Part shown: one piece after another, positions 35,521-43,978 of the stretch | How the letters are laid out: every line of letters begins with the position of its first letter | How positions within the stretch are numbered: position 1 is the stretch's first letter | Assembly: GCA_964590645.1 (NCBI GenBank) | Contig: CAZPYJ010000018.1 | Location: 9,753 to 73,752, forward strand | Reading direction: 5' to 3' | Source of the DNA: an uncultured Lentimicrobiaceae bacterium | GTDB lineage: Bacteria; Bacteroidota; Bacteroidia; Bacteroidales; JAGNHN01 | DNA length: 64,000 nt | Notes under the pieces: model-generated | What the model was told of the DNA's origin: nothing | The model's input: the letters and a program-made list of their open reading frames with translations, nothing else | The model's database searches: none | Translations under genes and position numbers: made by a program

Positions 35521-38226
35521 TTATCTGAGAATGAGTTTATGGGTAAACCATTCTCCTTCCTGATTCACCCTCAGTAAGTAGGTTCCCGCATTGCTCCCGC
35601 TCAGGTCCAGTTGGGTCTCAAGCCTTCCCTTTTCAAGAATCTGCCCGCTCAGAAGGAGGAGTTCGTATTCCGCTCCGATCCATTCGGGTGGCAGGTAATA
35701 CAATCCTGTGGAGGGATTAGGATATACCCTTGCTGCGTCCGGGCTTACCCCTGAGCCTGCTTCTCCTGTGTAAGGATCGAGTAGCCAGCTTGTAGTAAAC
35801 AATCCCCGTCCGTGGGTTGCCGCCAGTACGGTCAGGTCGGAATAGCGCAGACGAAGCATATCCACCCTTACATCGGGCATCCCGGTATTGAGGGGTACCC
35901 ACCAGGGATTGCTTTGATTGAGGTTGCTGGTCGACCACACTCCGGTTTCTGTAGCCAGGAGGGCCTGCCAGTTATTATCGGGATGATACAGGGCCCATCG
36001 GACAGGCATATCCGGGAGATTGCCTTCCTTGCTCTCCCAGTTCAGACCTCCATTGGTGGTTTGCCAGACGGATACTACGCCATAGTTGGAAAAAGTGACC
36101 AGCAGGGTATCTTCCGAGGCACCTACGGCAATGCAGCTCACTGCACCGGCAGGGAATTGCGGGCCGGTGATCTCCGTCACGTTTGGCAAGAGCGCCTGGG
36201 CATTGCTGATACGGAAAACACGTCCGGCTGCAGTGCCTGCAAACAAGCTTGGAAAGCCCGGCGCCGAATGCCTTGAATAGGTGAGGTGGGAGAAATAGGT
36301 GCTGGCATTGGCAAAAAGGTGTATCTCATCTTCGGTGGGGAAGTAGGGGATGCCTTCCGAGCGAACCAGCTTATTCAGGTTGGACCCGAAGAAAGAGGTT
36401 TTGTTCATAAAGAGGAAGTTGTCCTTGAAGTCGTAGGCTGAAGGGTTGATGAATACCCCTGTATTGGCACTGATGTTCTGGACGTACTGGCTATCGACAA
36501 AGACGTAATAATTGGAGTATTGTGATGAGGTGAGGAAGATATTGGACTCATCCTCATCGAAGAAGCAATACCCGCCATCGCCTCCGCTCACCATACTGAA
36601 AATGCTCAGGGGGCTTCCGTCGGTGAGGAGGGTGCCGTTATCCTGCAGGCCGCCCATCACGATAGGGCTGCCAGGCACAGGATGAATCGTGCCGGTATAG
36701 AACTGTAGGGTATTCATTCCTTCGCTGCGTTCGGTAAAGGTTGGGGTTGCAGCGGTGCCGTTGTCGCATCGAAAGACGCCGCCATCTGTGGCGAAGAGGA
36801 CTTGGGTGGAACTCCCCGGCTTAAATACCACGGCGTGGAGGTCGGCGTGGACATAGTCGGATCCGCCGCCATAATACATCTGAGCCCAATCACTGTATCG
36901 GTACCAGTTTTGTCCTCCATTCACAGAGCGGTGTACATCCAGGCCTCCCACCCATACCCTTTGGGCGTTGTTGGGATCCACACCGATGGTAAAAGCGTGC
37001 CAGGCCAGATTGGCCCAGTTTCGATTGTTGTAGTCGGGGGGCATATTGCGGGTAGTCCAGCTTTGACCGTGATTGGTGGTACGCACAAGGAATCCGCCGA
37101 TATAATAATTGAAGCCATTGTTATAGCCTTTGGCGATGACGGCATACACAATGCTGTCGGCTGAGGCTGCAGACGAGAGCATTACCCGTCCGGGCAGGGG
37201 GTATTGGGGATCGGCCAGGATTTGGCTTTGATAATTGCTGTTCACGGTCCAGCTTCCTGCAGTACCCAGATCGGAGTAAAGGATACAGGCTCCGCCCTCC
37301 AGGTTGATATTGGGTCCGGTGCCCACAAAGATGCGGCCCGAGGCAGCGATTTCGATATCGGATGGAGCAAAGGGGGTGGTGGTGCCCGGGATATTGGGCA
37401 GCACCTGGGTCCAGCTCTGACCGCCATCGATCGAACGATAGAGCCCGTCGGAAGGAAGGCTTTGGTGATCCTGCCCTTTGTATTTTCCTGAAGCCACGCC
37501 GGCATAGATGATACTTTGACCGTTTTCGAGGCGTAAGACAATATCGGTGATGTAGGCAAAATTGGTGGTCGATGGAATGAGTGCCCAGGTAATTCCTCCG
37601 TCTGTGCTTCTCAGTATGCCTGATCCGCGTCCGGACGATTCGCGGTAGATCACCACTGCGGTTTGGGCTTCACCGGTTCCGGCATAGATGATTTGCGGGT
37701 TGAGGGGATCGAAAGCCAGGGCGCAGACGGAAAGGTTCATCCCTCCGCTGCCGGCAGGATGCCAGAGAGAATCGGGATCGGTAATATCATTGGTGTACCA
37801 AAGGCCTCCTGTGACCCCGGCAGCCCACACCTTCTTATGGGTGGGATCACCCGGATCGTAGGCCAGGGCGCGGGTTCTACCACCCATATTCGACGGCTTT
37901 TCCGTCCATCCGCTGATCACATTTTTAGTCTGCTTAACATTTTGCAACAGATGAGTCTGAAGCCAGGCTTCCACCCTCCTTTCCAGGGGAACCCTGCCCA
38001 GGACCGGATCCATCGTCTGGATAAATTCCTGAAAGGCCGCTTCATCCGGCCGGTCGGGTGTGGGTTTATCCGCAACGGCCATCTTTTCTTCCGAAAGGAA
38101 ATCAGCCGCATAGGCCAGGAGTTGCTGCGCATAATCCTCGCGCGGATCAGGGCGACGGGCATCCAGGATAAGCCAAAGAAGCAAAAGCACGAAAAGGACG
38201 CTGAAGAAAGGGACAAAACGACGCAT
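35521..38226 (-). CDS. BNR/Asp-box (sortilin/VPS10-like) repeat protein with T9SS C-terminal sorting domain
   Basis: Asp-box repeats (STDGGITW, SIDGGQSW, TTNHGQSW, SVNGGQNW, TTNGGLNW). The CTD reads VYPNPSTGLYYL...GTYLLRV..THKLILR. The ATG at 38226 (MRRFVPFFSVLFVLLLL) is preferred over the TTG at 38307. Confidence 0.7.
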   Translation of the reverse strand: MRRFVPFFSVLFVLLLLWLILDARRPDPREDYAQQLLAYAADFLSEEKMAVADKPTPDRPDEAAFQEFIQTMDPVLGRVPLERRVEAWLQTHLLQNVKQTKNVISGWTEKPSNMGGRTRALAYDPGDPTHKKVWAAGVTGGLWYTNDITDPDSLWHPAGSGGMNLSVCALAFDPLNPQIIYAGTGEAQTAVVIYRESSGRGSGILRSTDGGITWALIPSTTNFAYITDIVLRLENGQSIIYAGVASGKYKGQDHQSLPSDGLYRSIDGGQSWTQVLPNIPGTTTPFAPSDIEIAASGRIFVGTGPNINLEGGACILYSDLGTAGSWTVNSNYQSQILADPQYPLPGRVMLSSAASADSIVYAVIAKGYNNGFNYYIGGFLVRTTNHGQSWTTRNMPPDYNNRNWANLAWHAFTIGVDPNNAQRVWVGGLDVHRSVNGGQNWYRYSDWAQMYYGGGSDYVHADLHAVVFKPGSSTQVLFATDGGVFRCDNGTAATPTFTERSEGMNTLQFYTGTIHPVPGSPIVMGGLQDNGTLLTDGSPLSIFSMVSGGDGGYCFFDEDESNIFLTSSQYSNYYVFVDSQYVQNISANTGVFINPSAYDFKDNFLFMNKTSFFGSNLNKLVRSEGIPYFPTEDEIHLFANASTYFSHLTYSRHSAPGFPSLFAGTAAGRVFRISNAQALLPNVTEITGPQFPAGAVSCIAVGASEDTLLVTFSNYGVVSVWQTTNGGLNWESKEGNLPDMPVRWALYHPDNNWQALLATETGVWSTSNLNQSNPWWVPLNTGMPDVRVDMLRLRYSDLTVLAATHGRGLFTTSWLLDPYTGEAGSGVSPDAARVYPNPSTGLYYLPPEWIGAEYELLLLSGQILEKGRLETQLDLSGSNAGTYLLRVNQEGEWFTHKLILR

Positions 38227-38321
38227 AAGGCACTGGGATTGGATCGATAAAAATATGCATTTTGCAGCAGCATTCAGAACCTTATCGTCAATCCGCTTCC
38301 CTGCCAATGCCTGAATAAAGT

Positions 38322-38393
38322 TGACCTGCTGACCTGCTGACCTGCTGACCTGCTGATCTTCTGACCTTCTGACCTTCTGACCTGCTGACCTTC
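38322..38393. repeat. Tandem octanucleotide repeat TGACCTKC, nine copies
   Basis: Read directly: 4x TGACCTGC, 1x TGATCTTC, 2x TGACCTTC, 1x TGACCTGC, 1x TGACCTTC, then a partial TGAATCA. It lies about 95 nt upstream of the ATG at 38226 of the minus-strand BNR/T9SS gene. Confidence 0.95.
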
Positions 38394-38416
38394 TGAATCA
38401 ATAATCAACCAGATCC

Positions 38417-38482
38417 CGCTCCGATGGAGCGCATTAATGGAAACAAACATCTACTGCTAATCAGGTTTCGCCCCGATGGGGC
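38417..38482. other. Two short hairpins sharing a CCGATGG core
   Basis: cgctcc-gat-ggagcg (38417..38431) and gcccc-gat-ggggc (38470..38482). Confidence 0.6.
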
Positions 38483-38515
38483 AAAATGTCAACTTCAGCC
38501 TTCTCCGAATTCGCC

Positions 38516-38535
38516 TGCCTACCGTCAGGTAGGCA
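38516..38535. other. 8-bp stem / 4-nt loop hairpin
   Basis: tgcctacc gtca ggtaggca. Confidence 0.6.
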
Positions 38536-38644
38536 CTCGCTCTCGCTCTCGTACTCGCCCTCGTACGCATCTTCCTCCTCCTTATGACTCCTGAATTCTG
38601 ACTTATTACTTAAACGGGCCACCCCTTCGGGGCCTGCTTTATTC

Positions 38645-38678
38645 GTACTCGCGCTCGCTCTCGCGCTCGTACTTTTTT
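38645..38678 (+). terminator. Terminator-like hairpin plus T6 on the plus strand with no plus-strand gene upstream
   Basis: gtactcgcgc / gcgctcgtac pair 4+4 bp around a 2x2 mismatch, with an 8-nt loop, followed by tttttt at 38673..38678. Confidence 0.3.
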
Positions 38679-38700
38679 AACCGCAGGGATCGCAAAGAAT

Positions 38701-38776
38701 AACGCAAAGGGGCTTCTCCTATTCCTCATCCTTTACCCTTAGCGCTCGCCCGCTGCCCGAGCGCTCGCCCTGAGCG
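38701..38776 (-). repeat. Dispersed intergenic repeat element, copy B
   Basis: The minus strand reads cgctcagggcgagcgc-tcgggcagcgggcgagcgctaagggtaaaggatgaggaataggagaagcccctttgcgtt. It shares blocks with copies A and C. Confidence 0.55.
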
Positions 38777-38778
38777 TA

Positions 38779-38820
38779 GCCGAAGGGCAGCCGAAGGGCA
38801 GTCGAAGTGTGTCGAAGGGT
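38779..38820. repeat. Tandem 10-11-nt repeat (GYCGAAGKGY), four copies
   Basis: gccgaagggca gccgaagggca gtcgaagtgt gtcgaagggt. It starts 19 nt beyond the GT39 stop. Confidence 0.9.
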
Positions 38821-38838
38821 CCGCTTTCCTTCTCCTTC

Positions 38839-40275
38839 TCATAATTCCTTTCGCTCCTTCCGCTCATACACGCGATATTGGGCTCCGAAGCGCTGCCTAA
38901 GCACACACTCATTGTCAATGTATTCGCGGATCAGCCTGGACGGATTCCCTTCAATCACCAGCCAGTCCGGTTTCTGTCCCACCACCGATTGAAACACCAG
39001 ATCACGGTCTATCCCCGCCGCTTCGCGGTGTTCCTTTTTGCTTAGCAGGGTTGGATGGATATACTTGTGCAATACGGGTTCATCGAGGAGAAAATGAATG
39101 ACCATTGCTCCGTTGCAATAAAGCCGATCTGTTTCTTCCATCCTGTCTTTCAGGAAGCTTGCCATTTCTCTGGGATAATCGGGCCGGAGGGTGAACTGCC
39201 GGTATTGAAGCAATGTGTTCCAGGCGATAAAAAGTGCCATCGAGGCCGGAAAGAACATTCTTCGATACTTCTGCAGGAAAGCTTCTATCTGTGGGGCACT
39301 GCCCGGGAAGGCCAGAACGCCCAGGCTGAGCACTGGCAGGAGCTGGAAATAGTAGTGATGAAAATATTTCCCTGGCAGCAAAATCATCAGCCATACCAGT
39401 CCGTACCACAAGGCTGCAAAGTGCGCCAAAGGACGGTCTTTCCCCCTGAATATTGCGGCGAGCAGCATCAGCACCAGGGGGAAATAGATGAGGTGAAATT
39501 CTGAAAAATATTGCAAGGCTTTTCCCGGCCGGGCCTCGGAAACATAATTCCGCGGCAGCACAAAATTGGCGAAAAAGAAATCCTGCCACAGCCCCTGATA
39601 GAAGAACCAGGTAGCATTGAGGAGGAAAGGCAGGCTGAAGCCCAGGCCCATCCACAGGGTGAGTGGAATGATGCGGGTTGACCATTTCCCTTTTTCGCCT
39701 GCCGGAAGAATAAAAAGCAGGGCAATCCAAATGGCCAGTACGTCGGCCAACACGAAGTGCTTGATTAGAAAACCCATTCCAAGCACAAGACCGCCCAGCA
39801 GATACCCCTTGTTTTCGGGCTTGCTTAGTAGTATCCAGAGTCCTGCCACGGTGGTAAGGTTGAAAAAGATTTCCGTATTCGCCGCAAAATTCCACTGGTG
39901 TACACTGCACATCAGGATATATGCCAGGCCTGAAAACATACTCAGGCTGTTTGATTTACCCAGCTTCCGGCCAGTGCGGTAGAGAAACCAGGCTGTCAGT
40001 CCGATGGCCAGCGCGGCAGCCAGGCGCAGCGCTTCCACACTCTGTCCGGCGATTTTGATAATGCCTGCAAAAACGAGAAAAATCCCGATGGGTTTGGTAT
40101 CCCAGACATCTGCAAAAAAATGCTTCCCCTGCAGGAGGTTGTTGGCAATGACGGCATAGGTTGACTCATCGTGATCAATCAAGCTATCGGAGAAAGAAAG
40201 CAGGCGCAGGAGTACTCCCAGCACAAGAAACAGAAGCAGATACAGCCCTGAAGTCTTTTTATCTTCCTGATTCAT
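38839..40275 (-). CDS. Glycosyltransferase family 39 (ArnT/PMT-like) membrane protein
   Basis: Polytopic membrane protein with a DESTYAVIANNLLQGKH motif in the first loop. The ATG at 40275 is 16 nt after a -7 box. Confidence 0.7.
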   Translation of the reverse strand: MNQEDKKTSGLYLLLFLVLGVLLRLLSFSDSLIDHDESTYAVIANNLLQGKHFFADVWDTKPIGIFLVFAGIIKIAGQSVEALRLAAALAIGLTAWFLYRTGRKLGKSNSLSMFSGLAYILMCSVHQWNFAANTEIFFNLTTVAGLWILLSKPENKGYLLGGLVLGMGFLIKHFVLADVLAIWIALLFILPAGEKGKWSTRIIPLTLWMGLGFSLPFLLNATWFFYQGLWQDFFFANFVLPRNYVSEARPGKALQYFSEFHLIYFPLVLMLLAAIFRGKDRPLAHFAALWYGLVWLMILLPGKYFHHYYFQLLPVLSLGVLAFPGSAPQIEAFLQKYRRMFFPASMALFIAWNTLLQYRQFTLRPDYPREMASFLKDRMEETDRLYCNGAMVIHFLLDEPVLHKYIHPTLLSKKEHREAAGIDRDLVFQSVVGQKPDWLVIEGNPSRLIREYIDNECVLRQRFGAQYRVYERKERKEL

Positions 40276-40291
40276 AGGTTTATCAAATGCA

Positions 40292-40299
40292 CAAAGATA
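40292..40299 (-). promoter_or_regulatory. -7 box (TAtcTTTG) for the GT39 gene
   Basis: caaagata on the plus strand, 16 nt upstream of the ATG at 40275. Confidence 0.45.
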
Positions 40300-40419
40300 G
40301 ATTCCATTCCTGTGCAATTGTAGGTAGATTTGCAGTAGAATGAAAGAATTGGCCCATTTACGCAACCCTTTTCCTCTGTCTTACATCTAAGAAAGGAGTG
40401 CCAGGCCAGCAAATCGGCA

Positions 40420-40995
40420 GTGGTTCCCGTGAAAGCATTGGAAGAGATCATCCGGGATTGTCAGGAAGGCCGGCCTTCGGCCCTGCAATACCTGTATGAG
40501 AAATTTTCTCCCGTGATGTTTGCAATATGCCTGAGATACAGCCGCGATCGAACCGAAGCAGAGGACCTGCTGCAAGAAGGTTTTCTGAAAGTCTTTCGCT
40601 CCATTGGTGGTTTCAGGGGGGAAGGATCTCTGGAAGGATGGATGCGGCGCATTATGGTCAATACGGCCCTGGAGCAGTACCGGCGCAAAAATTATATGTA
40701 TCCGGTAGAAAACCTGCCGGAGGAGGAGGCCGGCGAAGCGGAATCTCCGGATATGCAGCTCAGGTCTGAGGACCTGCAGCAGATGATCTGTGACTTGCCC
40801 CCACGCTACCGTATGGTCTTCAACCTGTATGCCCTGGAAGGTTACAGTCATAAGGAGATAGCCATAATGATGGGGATCACGACAGGCACATCCAAGTCCA
40901 ACCTCTCTCGGGCAAGGGAGATACTGCAAAGGAAAGTTGAAGCGCAATACGGTGTATTAAGAAAACTGCCCGGAAATTATGAACAGAGAGGATAG
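40420..40995 (+). CDS. RNA polymerase sigma-70 factor, ECF subfamily
   Basis: Region 2 (AEDLLQEGFLKVF) and a region 4 helix-turn-helix (YSHKEIAIMMGITTGTSKSNLSRAR). GTG start. Confidence 0.85.
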   Translation: MVPVKALEEIIRDCQEGRPSALQYLYEKFSPVMFAICLRYSRDRTEAEDLLQEGFLKVFRSIGGFRGEGSLEGWMRRIMVNTALEQYRRKNYMYPVENLPEEEAGEAESPDMQLRSEDLQQMICDLPPRYRMVFNLYALEGYSHKEIAIMMGITTGTSKSNLSRAREILQRKVEAQYGVLRKLPGNYEQRG

Positions 40996-42406
40996 ACATC
41001 CGGTGGACGCGTTTTTCCGCGATCATCTTTCGGAGGCGCAAACACCTCCGCCTGTTTGGGTATGGGACGGAATTGCCAAAGAAATGGCTGCCGAAAAACG
41101 GCGGCGGGCACTGCTTTGGTGGCGGAGCATTGCTGCGGTACTCCTTCTCGGCGCTGCCTTCACAGCAGGCTACCTGATCTCAGGCGAGGAGAGCCTGCCC
41201 AGTGAGCAGATCGCTTCCTCTTCCTCTTCCTCTTCCTCAAACTCCTCCTCAAACTCATCCTCAAACTCATCCTCAAACTCATCCTCAAACTTTACAACCC
41301 CTCCCCAGCCCTCCTCTGACCCCTCCCCGGCCCTCCCCTTGGAGGGGAGGGAGAATAGGTATCCCTCAAACTCTTCCTCAAACTCATCCTCTCCCTCTCC
41401 CTCTCCCTCTCCCTCATCCTCTCCCCAACTGGCCTCAGCAGAGGCTTTGCAGGATAGGATGGAAAATGAACAGCGTGTTGTATCTGATCAAAGTGTGGAA
41501 GAAGCGTTTGTCTTAATGAAATCCATAAAGGCCCCAATACTTGCTTCAGCGATGCCCCCGCTTCGCCTGGCATCGGGGCGCATCCCCTGGGTGATGCTGG
41601 AAGAGGAGCTACTGGCTTTTGCTTCCTCCCCTGCAGGGAAAGACATACCACGATTAAGCCTCGGTGGAGAAGGAGGTCCCCTGGTAGCCTATCGATCTAC
41701 GCAATCGCTTTCCTTTGCCCAGGCCGACAACGAGCAGCTCACTTCTTACAGCAACAGCCGCATCAGTGGCAGCGGAGAGGAAAAGCCGCTGATGGCCTTT
41801 TCGGCCGGAATGCACGGATCGCTCAAGCTCAACCACAGATTGTCTTTGGCTACCGGCCTGCAATTTTCCCGGCTCGGACAGGAAGTGAGTGGATTAAGCT
41901 TCTACACCGAAGGACAGGGCCCACTCACTGTTACAAATATGGTGGAGCTTAGTACAAGCGCCGGTGTATTATATATTCCACAGCAGGAGGGGTTTCAGCC
42001 GGTATGGACCAGCACCCAGGAATTATCGGAGGCCTATGCATCATATGACCTTGTCCAACAATTTGAATACCTCGAAATACCGCTCTTGCTGCAGATGCAC
42101 CTGTTGGATAAGGGCGTACACTTGATTGCAGATGCCGGCTTAAGTCCCGGTATCCTTCTTGGCAATAAGGCCTATTTGCAAGGGAGCGGTGAACGGGAGC
42201 AACTGGAGGGCACCCGGGATCTGCGTCCCTTGCTTTGGAGTTTACAAGCAGGGATAGGGGTGCAGCTTCCCCTGTCGGATGCCTGGGCCTTGTCGCTTCG
42301 GCCCGGTCTGCGCTACGCCGTCACCAGCATCAATAAAAGCAATGACTATACCTACCGCCCCTGGAGTCTCTCGGTGAGCAGCGGCTTGTATTTTCATCTC
42401 AGATGA
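40979..42406 (+). CDS. Sigma-associated membrane protein: TM anchor, Ser/Asn/Pro low-complexity linker, OM-beta-barrel-like C-terminal domain
   Basis: Overlaps the sigma gene by 17 nt. It has one TM helix (ALLWWRSIAAVLLLGAAFTAGYLI), a ~70-aa SSNSSS/SPSPSP tract, and a beta-strand-rich C-terminus ending ..SLSVSSGLYFHLR. Confidence 0.55.
   Translation: MNREDRHPVDAFFRDHLSEAQTPPPVWVWDGIAKEMAAEKRRRALLWWRSIAAVLLLGAAFTAGYLISGEESLPSEQIASSSSSSSSNSSSNSSSNSSSNSSSNFTTPPQPSSDPSPALPLEGRENRYPSNSSSNSSSPSPSPSPSSSPQLASAEALQDRMENEQRVVSDQSVEEAFVLMKSIKAPILASAMPPLRLASGRIPWVMLEEELLAFASSPAGKDIPRLSLGGEGGPLVAYRSTQSLSFAQADNEQLTSYSNSRISGSGEEKPLMAFSAGMHGSLKLNHRLSLATGLQFSRLGQEVSGLSFYTEGQGPLTVTNMVELSTSAGVLYIPQQEGFQPVWTSTQELSEAYASYDLVQQFEYLEIPLLLQMHLLDKGVHLIADAGLSPGILLGNKAYLQGSGEREQLEGTRDLRPLLWSLQAGIGVQLPLSDAWALSLRPGLRYAVTSINKSNDYTYRPWSLSVSSGLYFHLR
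41212..41425 (+). repeat. In-frame simple-sequence tract inside the sigma-associated membrane protein gene
   Basis: (tcctct)n, four to five 12-nt units of the tcatcctcaaac type, a 9-bp-stem palindrome ccctcccct-tgg-aggggaggg (41331..41351), and (ctccct)n at 41391..41415. It encodes SSSNSSSN...SPSPSPS. Confidence 0.9.
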
Positions 42407-42448
42407 CCGGGAGGGATGTTTGTGGCGTATGAGAAGACTTAAGGCTCT

Positions 42449-43978
42449 TTAGAAGGGAAATTCTTCTATGCTTGCTTCTTCTGCCTCCTCCTTATCTATC
42501 AGGGGCAATGCTGCCCTCTGATGGATTGGATTTCCGTCAACCACAATGGAGCGTGGATCGGTGGGGCAGGCATATTCGCAGGCGCCACAACCCACACAGA
42601 TTTCGGTATCCACTACGGGAATGGTCAGTCCGTCTTTCCAGGGTAGCATATCCACTGCCTTGGTAGGGCAATGCTCTGAACAGGCTCCACAGGCTGTATG
42701 GTCTTTGGTAACCACACACAATTCAGGGATAAAGCGCGCCCGGCCCACCTGCACCCTTTGTTTATCTTCTACCGTCATTGGCAGAATGGCTCCCGTAGGA
42801 CAGACTTCGAGGCAGCGGATGCAGTCGTAGTTGCAATAGCCGCTGATGGGATCCATTAAGGGTTGGAAGACCCCCGAGAGACCGTATTCCGCAAAGGCGG
42901 GTTGCAGCACTCCGGTAGGGCAGGTACTGATGCACAAATGGCAGGCAGTGCATTGAATATGGAGGTTCGCGTGCGAAAGCGATCCCGGTGGGGAAAGGGA
43001 AGCTCGGCGGATGGCCAGGGCTTTGTCCTCTTCCGACACTTCTTTGAGCACAGCGGGCAGGATCAGGGTAGTCCCGGCGCGGAGAAGGGTATCGCGACGA
43101 GAGAAGTCGGTTTCCACGGGTACTGCCTTACCGTAACGAATGCCTCCCAGGTCGCAGGCGGGGATGCAGTTAAAACACAGGACGCAACGACTATTGTCTA
43201 TTTCTTTTTTCTTTACGTCAATACAACCTGCTTTGCAAACCACTGCACAAAGTCCGCAGGAGGTGCAGGCAGTGTGATCCATACGAATGCCGAGCAAGGC
43301 CCGCTTTCCGGGAAGTCCAAGCAGGGTGCCCACCGGGCAGAGGGTATTGCAAAAAACCCGTCCGTTGCGCCATACCATCCATATTATCATCCCGAAAACA
43401 CCTGCAGAGAAGCCCGCGGAAGCCCAGCTGATACCGTGAAATTTGACCGGGCTTAAGGCGTAGGAACCGATACTGGTAAGCCACCAGGCAAGCTGATTGT
43501 TGGCGAATACGAAGGGGGGTTGTATCAGATTCCTTATGATCCTGGAAAAGTGGCTGTAAGGGTCGAGCAGACCGGTGAACAGTCCGCTGCCAATAAACAC
43601 AGAAAGGAGGAAAAGGAATAAAAACCCATATCTCCAGCCTGCATTTGTCTGCTGTTTCCGATAGCGCGACTTCTTTTTCAGCCATCCCCTGATACGGCCG
43701 GCCAGATCCTGCATTACCCCCAGGGGGCAGAGGGTGGAACAATAGATACGTCCAAAGAACCAGCTTAGCAGGAGGAGGGTGGCGAGGGCGATGATCGCTC
43801 CGCCTGCCAGGCCCAGAGAGGCCTGGAGGGCAGGGACAAGCTGCAGGTAGCGCAAGGGATAGAACCAGCTATCCGGGATGCGGTGGTGAATGTCCAGCAG
43901 CAAGGCCGTAATCCAAAGAAAGGCCAGTAAGGCGATGATGCTCCGAATAGTCCGGTAAAGTCTTCCCTTGTGCATCAA
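42449..43978 (-). CDS. Membrane-bound polyferredoxin (NapH/MauN-like 4Fe-4S protein)
   Basis: Several TM helices with CxxxCP motifs (YCSTLCPLG, FCNTLCPVG). Multiple CxxCxxCxxxCP ferredoxin clusters follow (CTSCGLCAVVC, CTACHLCISTCP, CVGCGACEYACP). Confidence 0.75.
   Translation of the reverse strand: MMHKGRLYRTIRSIIALLAFLWITALLLDIHHRIPDSWFYPLRYLQLVPALQASLGLAGGAIIALATLLLLSWFFGRIYCSTLCPLGVMQDLAGRIRGWLKKKSRYRKQQTNAGWRYGFLFLFLLSVFIGSGLFTGLLDPYSHFSRIIRNLIQPPFVFANNQLAWWLTSIGSYALSPVKFHGISWASAGFSAGVFGMIIWMVWRNGRVFCNTLCPVGTLLGLPGKRALLGIRMDHTACTSCGLCAVVCKAGCIDVKKKEIDNSRCVLCFNCIPACDLGGIRYGKAVPVETDFSRRDTLLRAGTTLILPAVLKEVSEEDKALAIRRASLSPPGSLSHANLHIQCTACHLCISTCPTGVLQPAFAEYGLSGVFQPLMDPISGYCNYDCIRCLEVCPTGAILPMTVEDKQRVQVGRARFIPELCVVTKDHTACGACSEHCPTKAVDMLPWKDGLTIPVVDTEICVGCGACEYACPTDPRSIVVDGNPIHQRAALPLIDKEEAEEASIEEFPF

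Noticed and set aside
38322-38820. Tandem arrays as a CRISPR locus.
   Set aside because: The units are 8 to 11 nt and directly abutting, with no spacers. No cas genes are present in the window.
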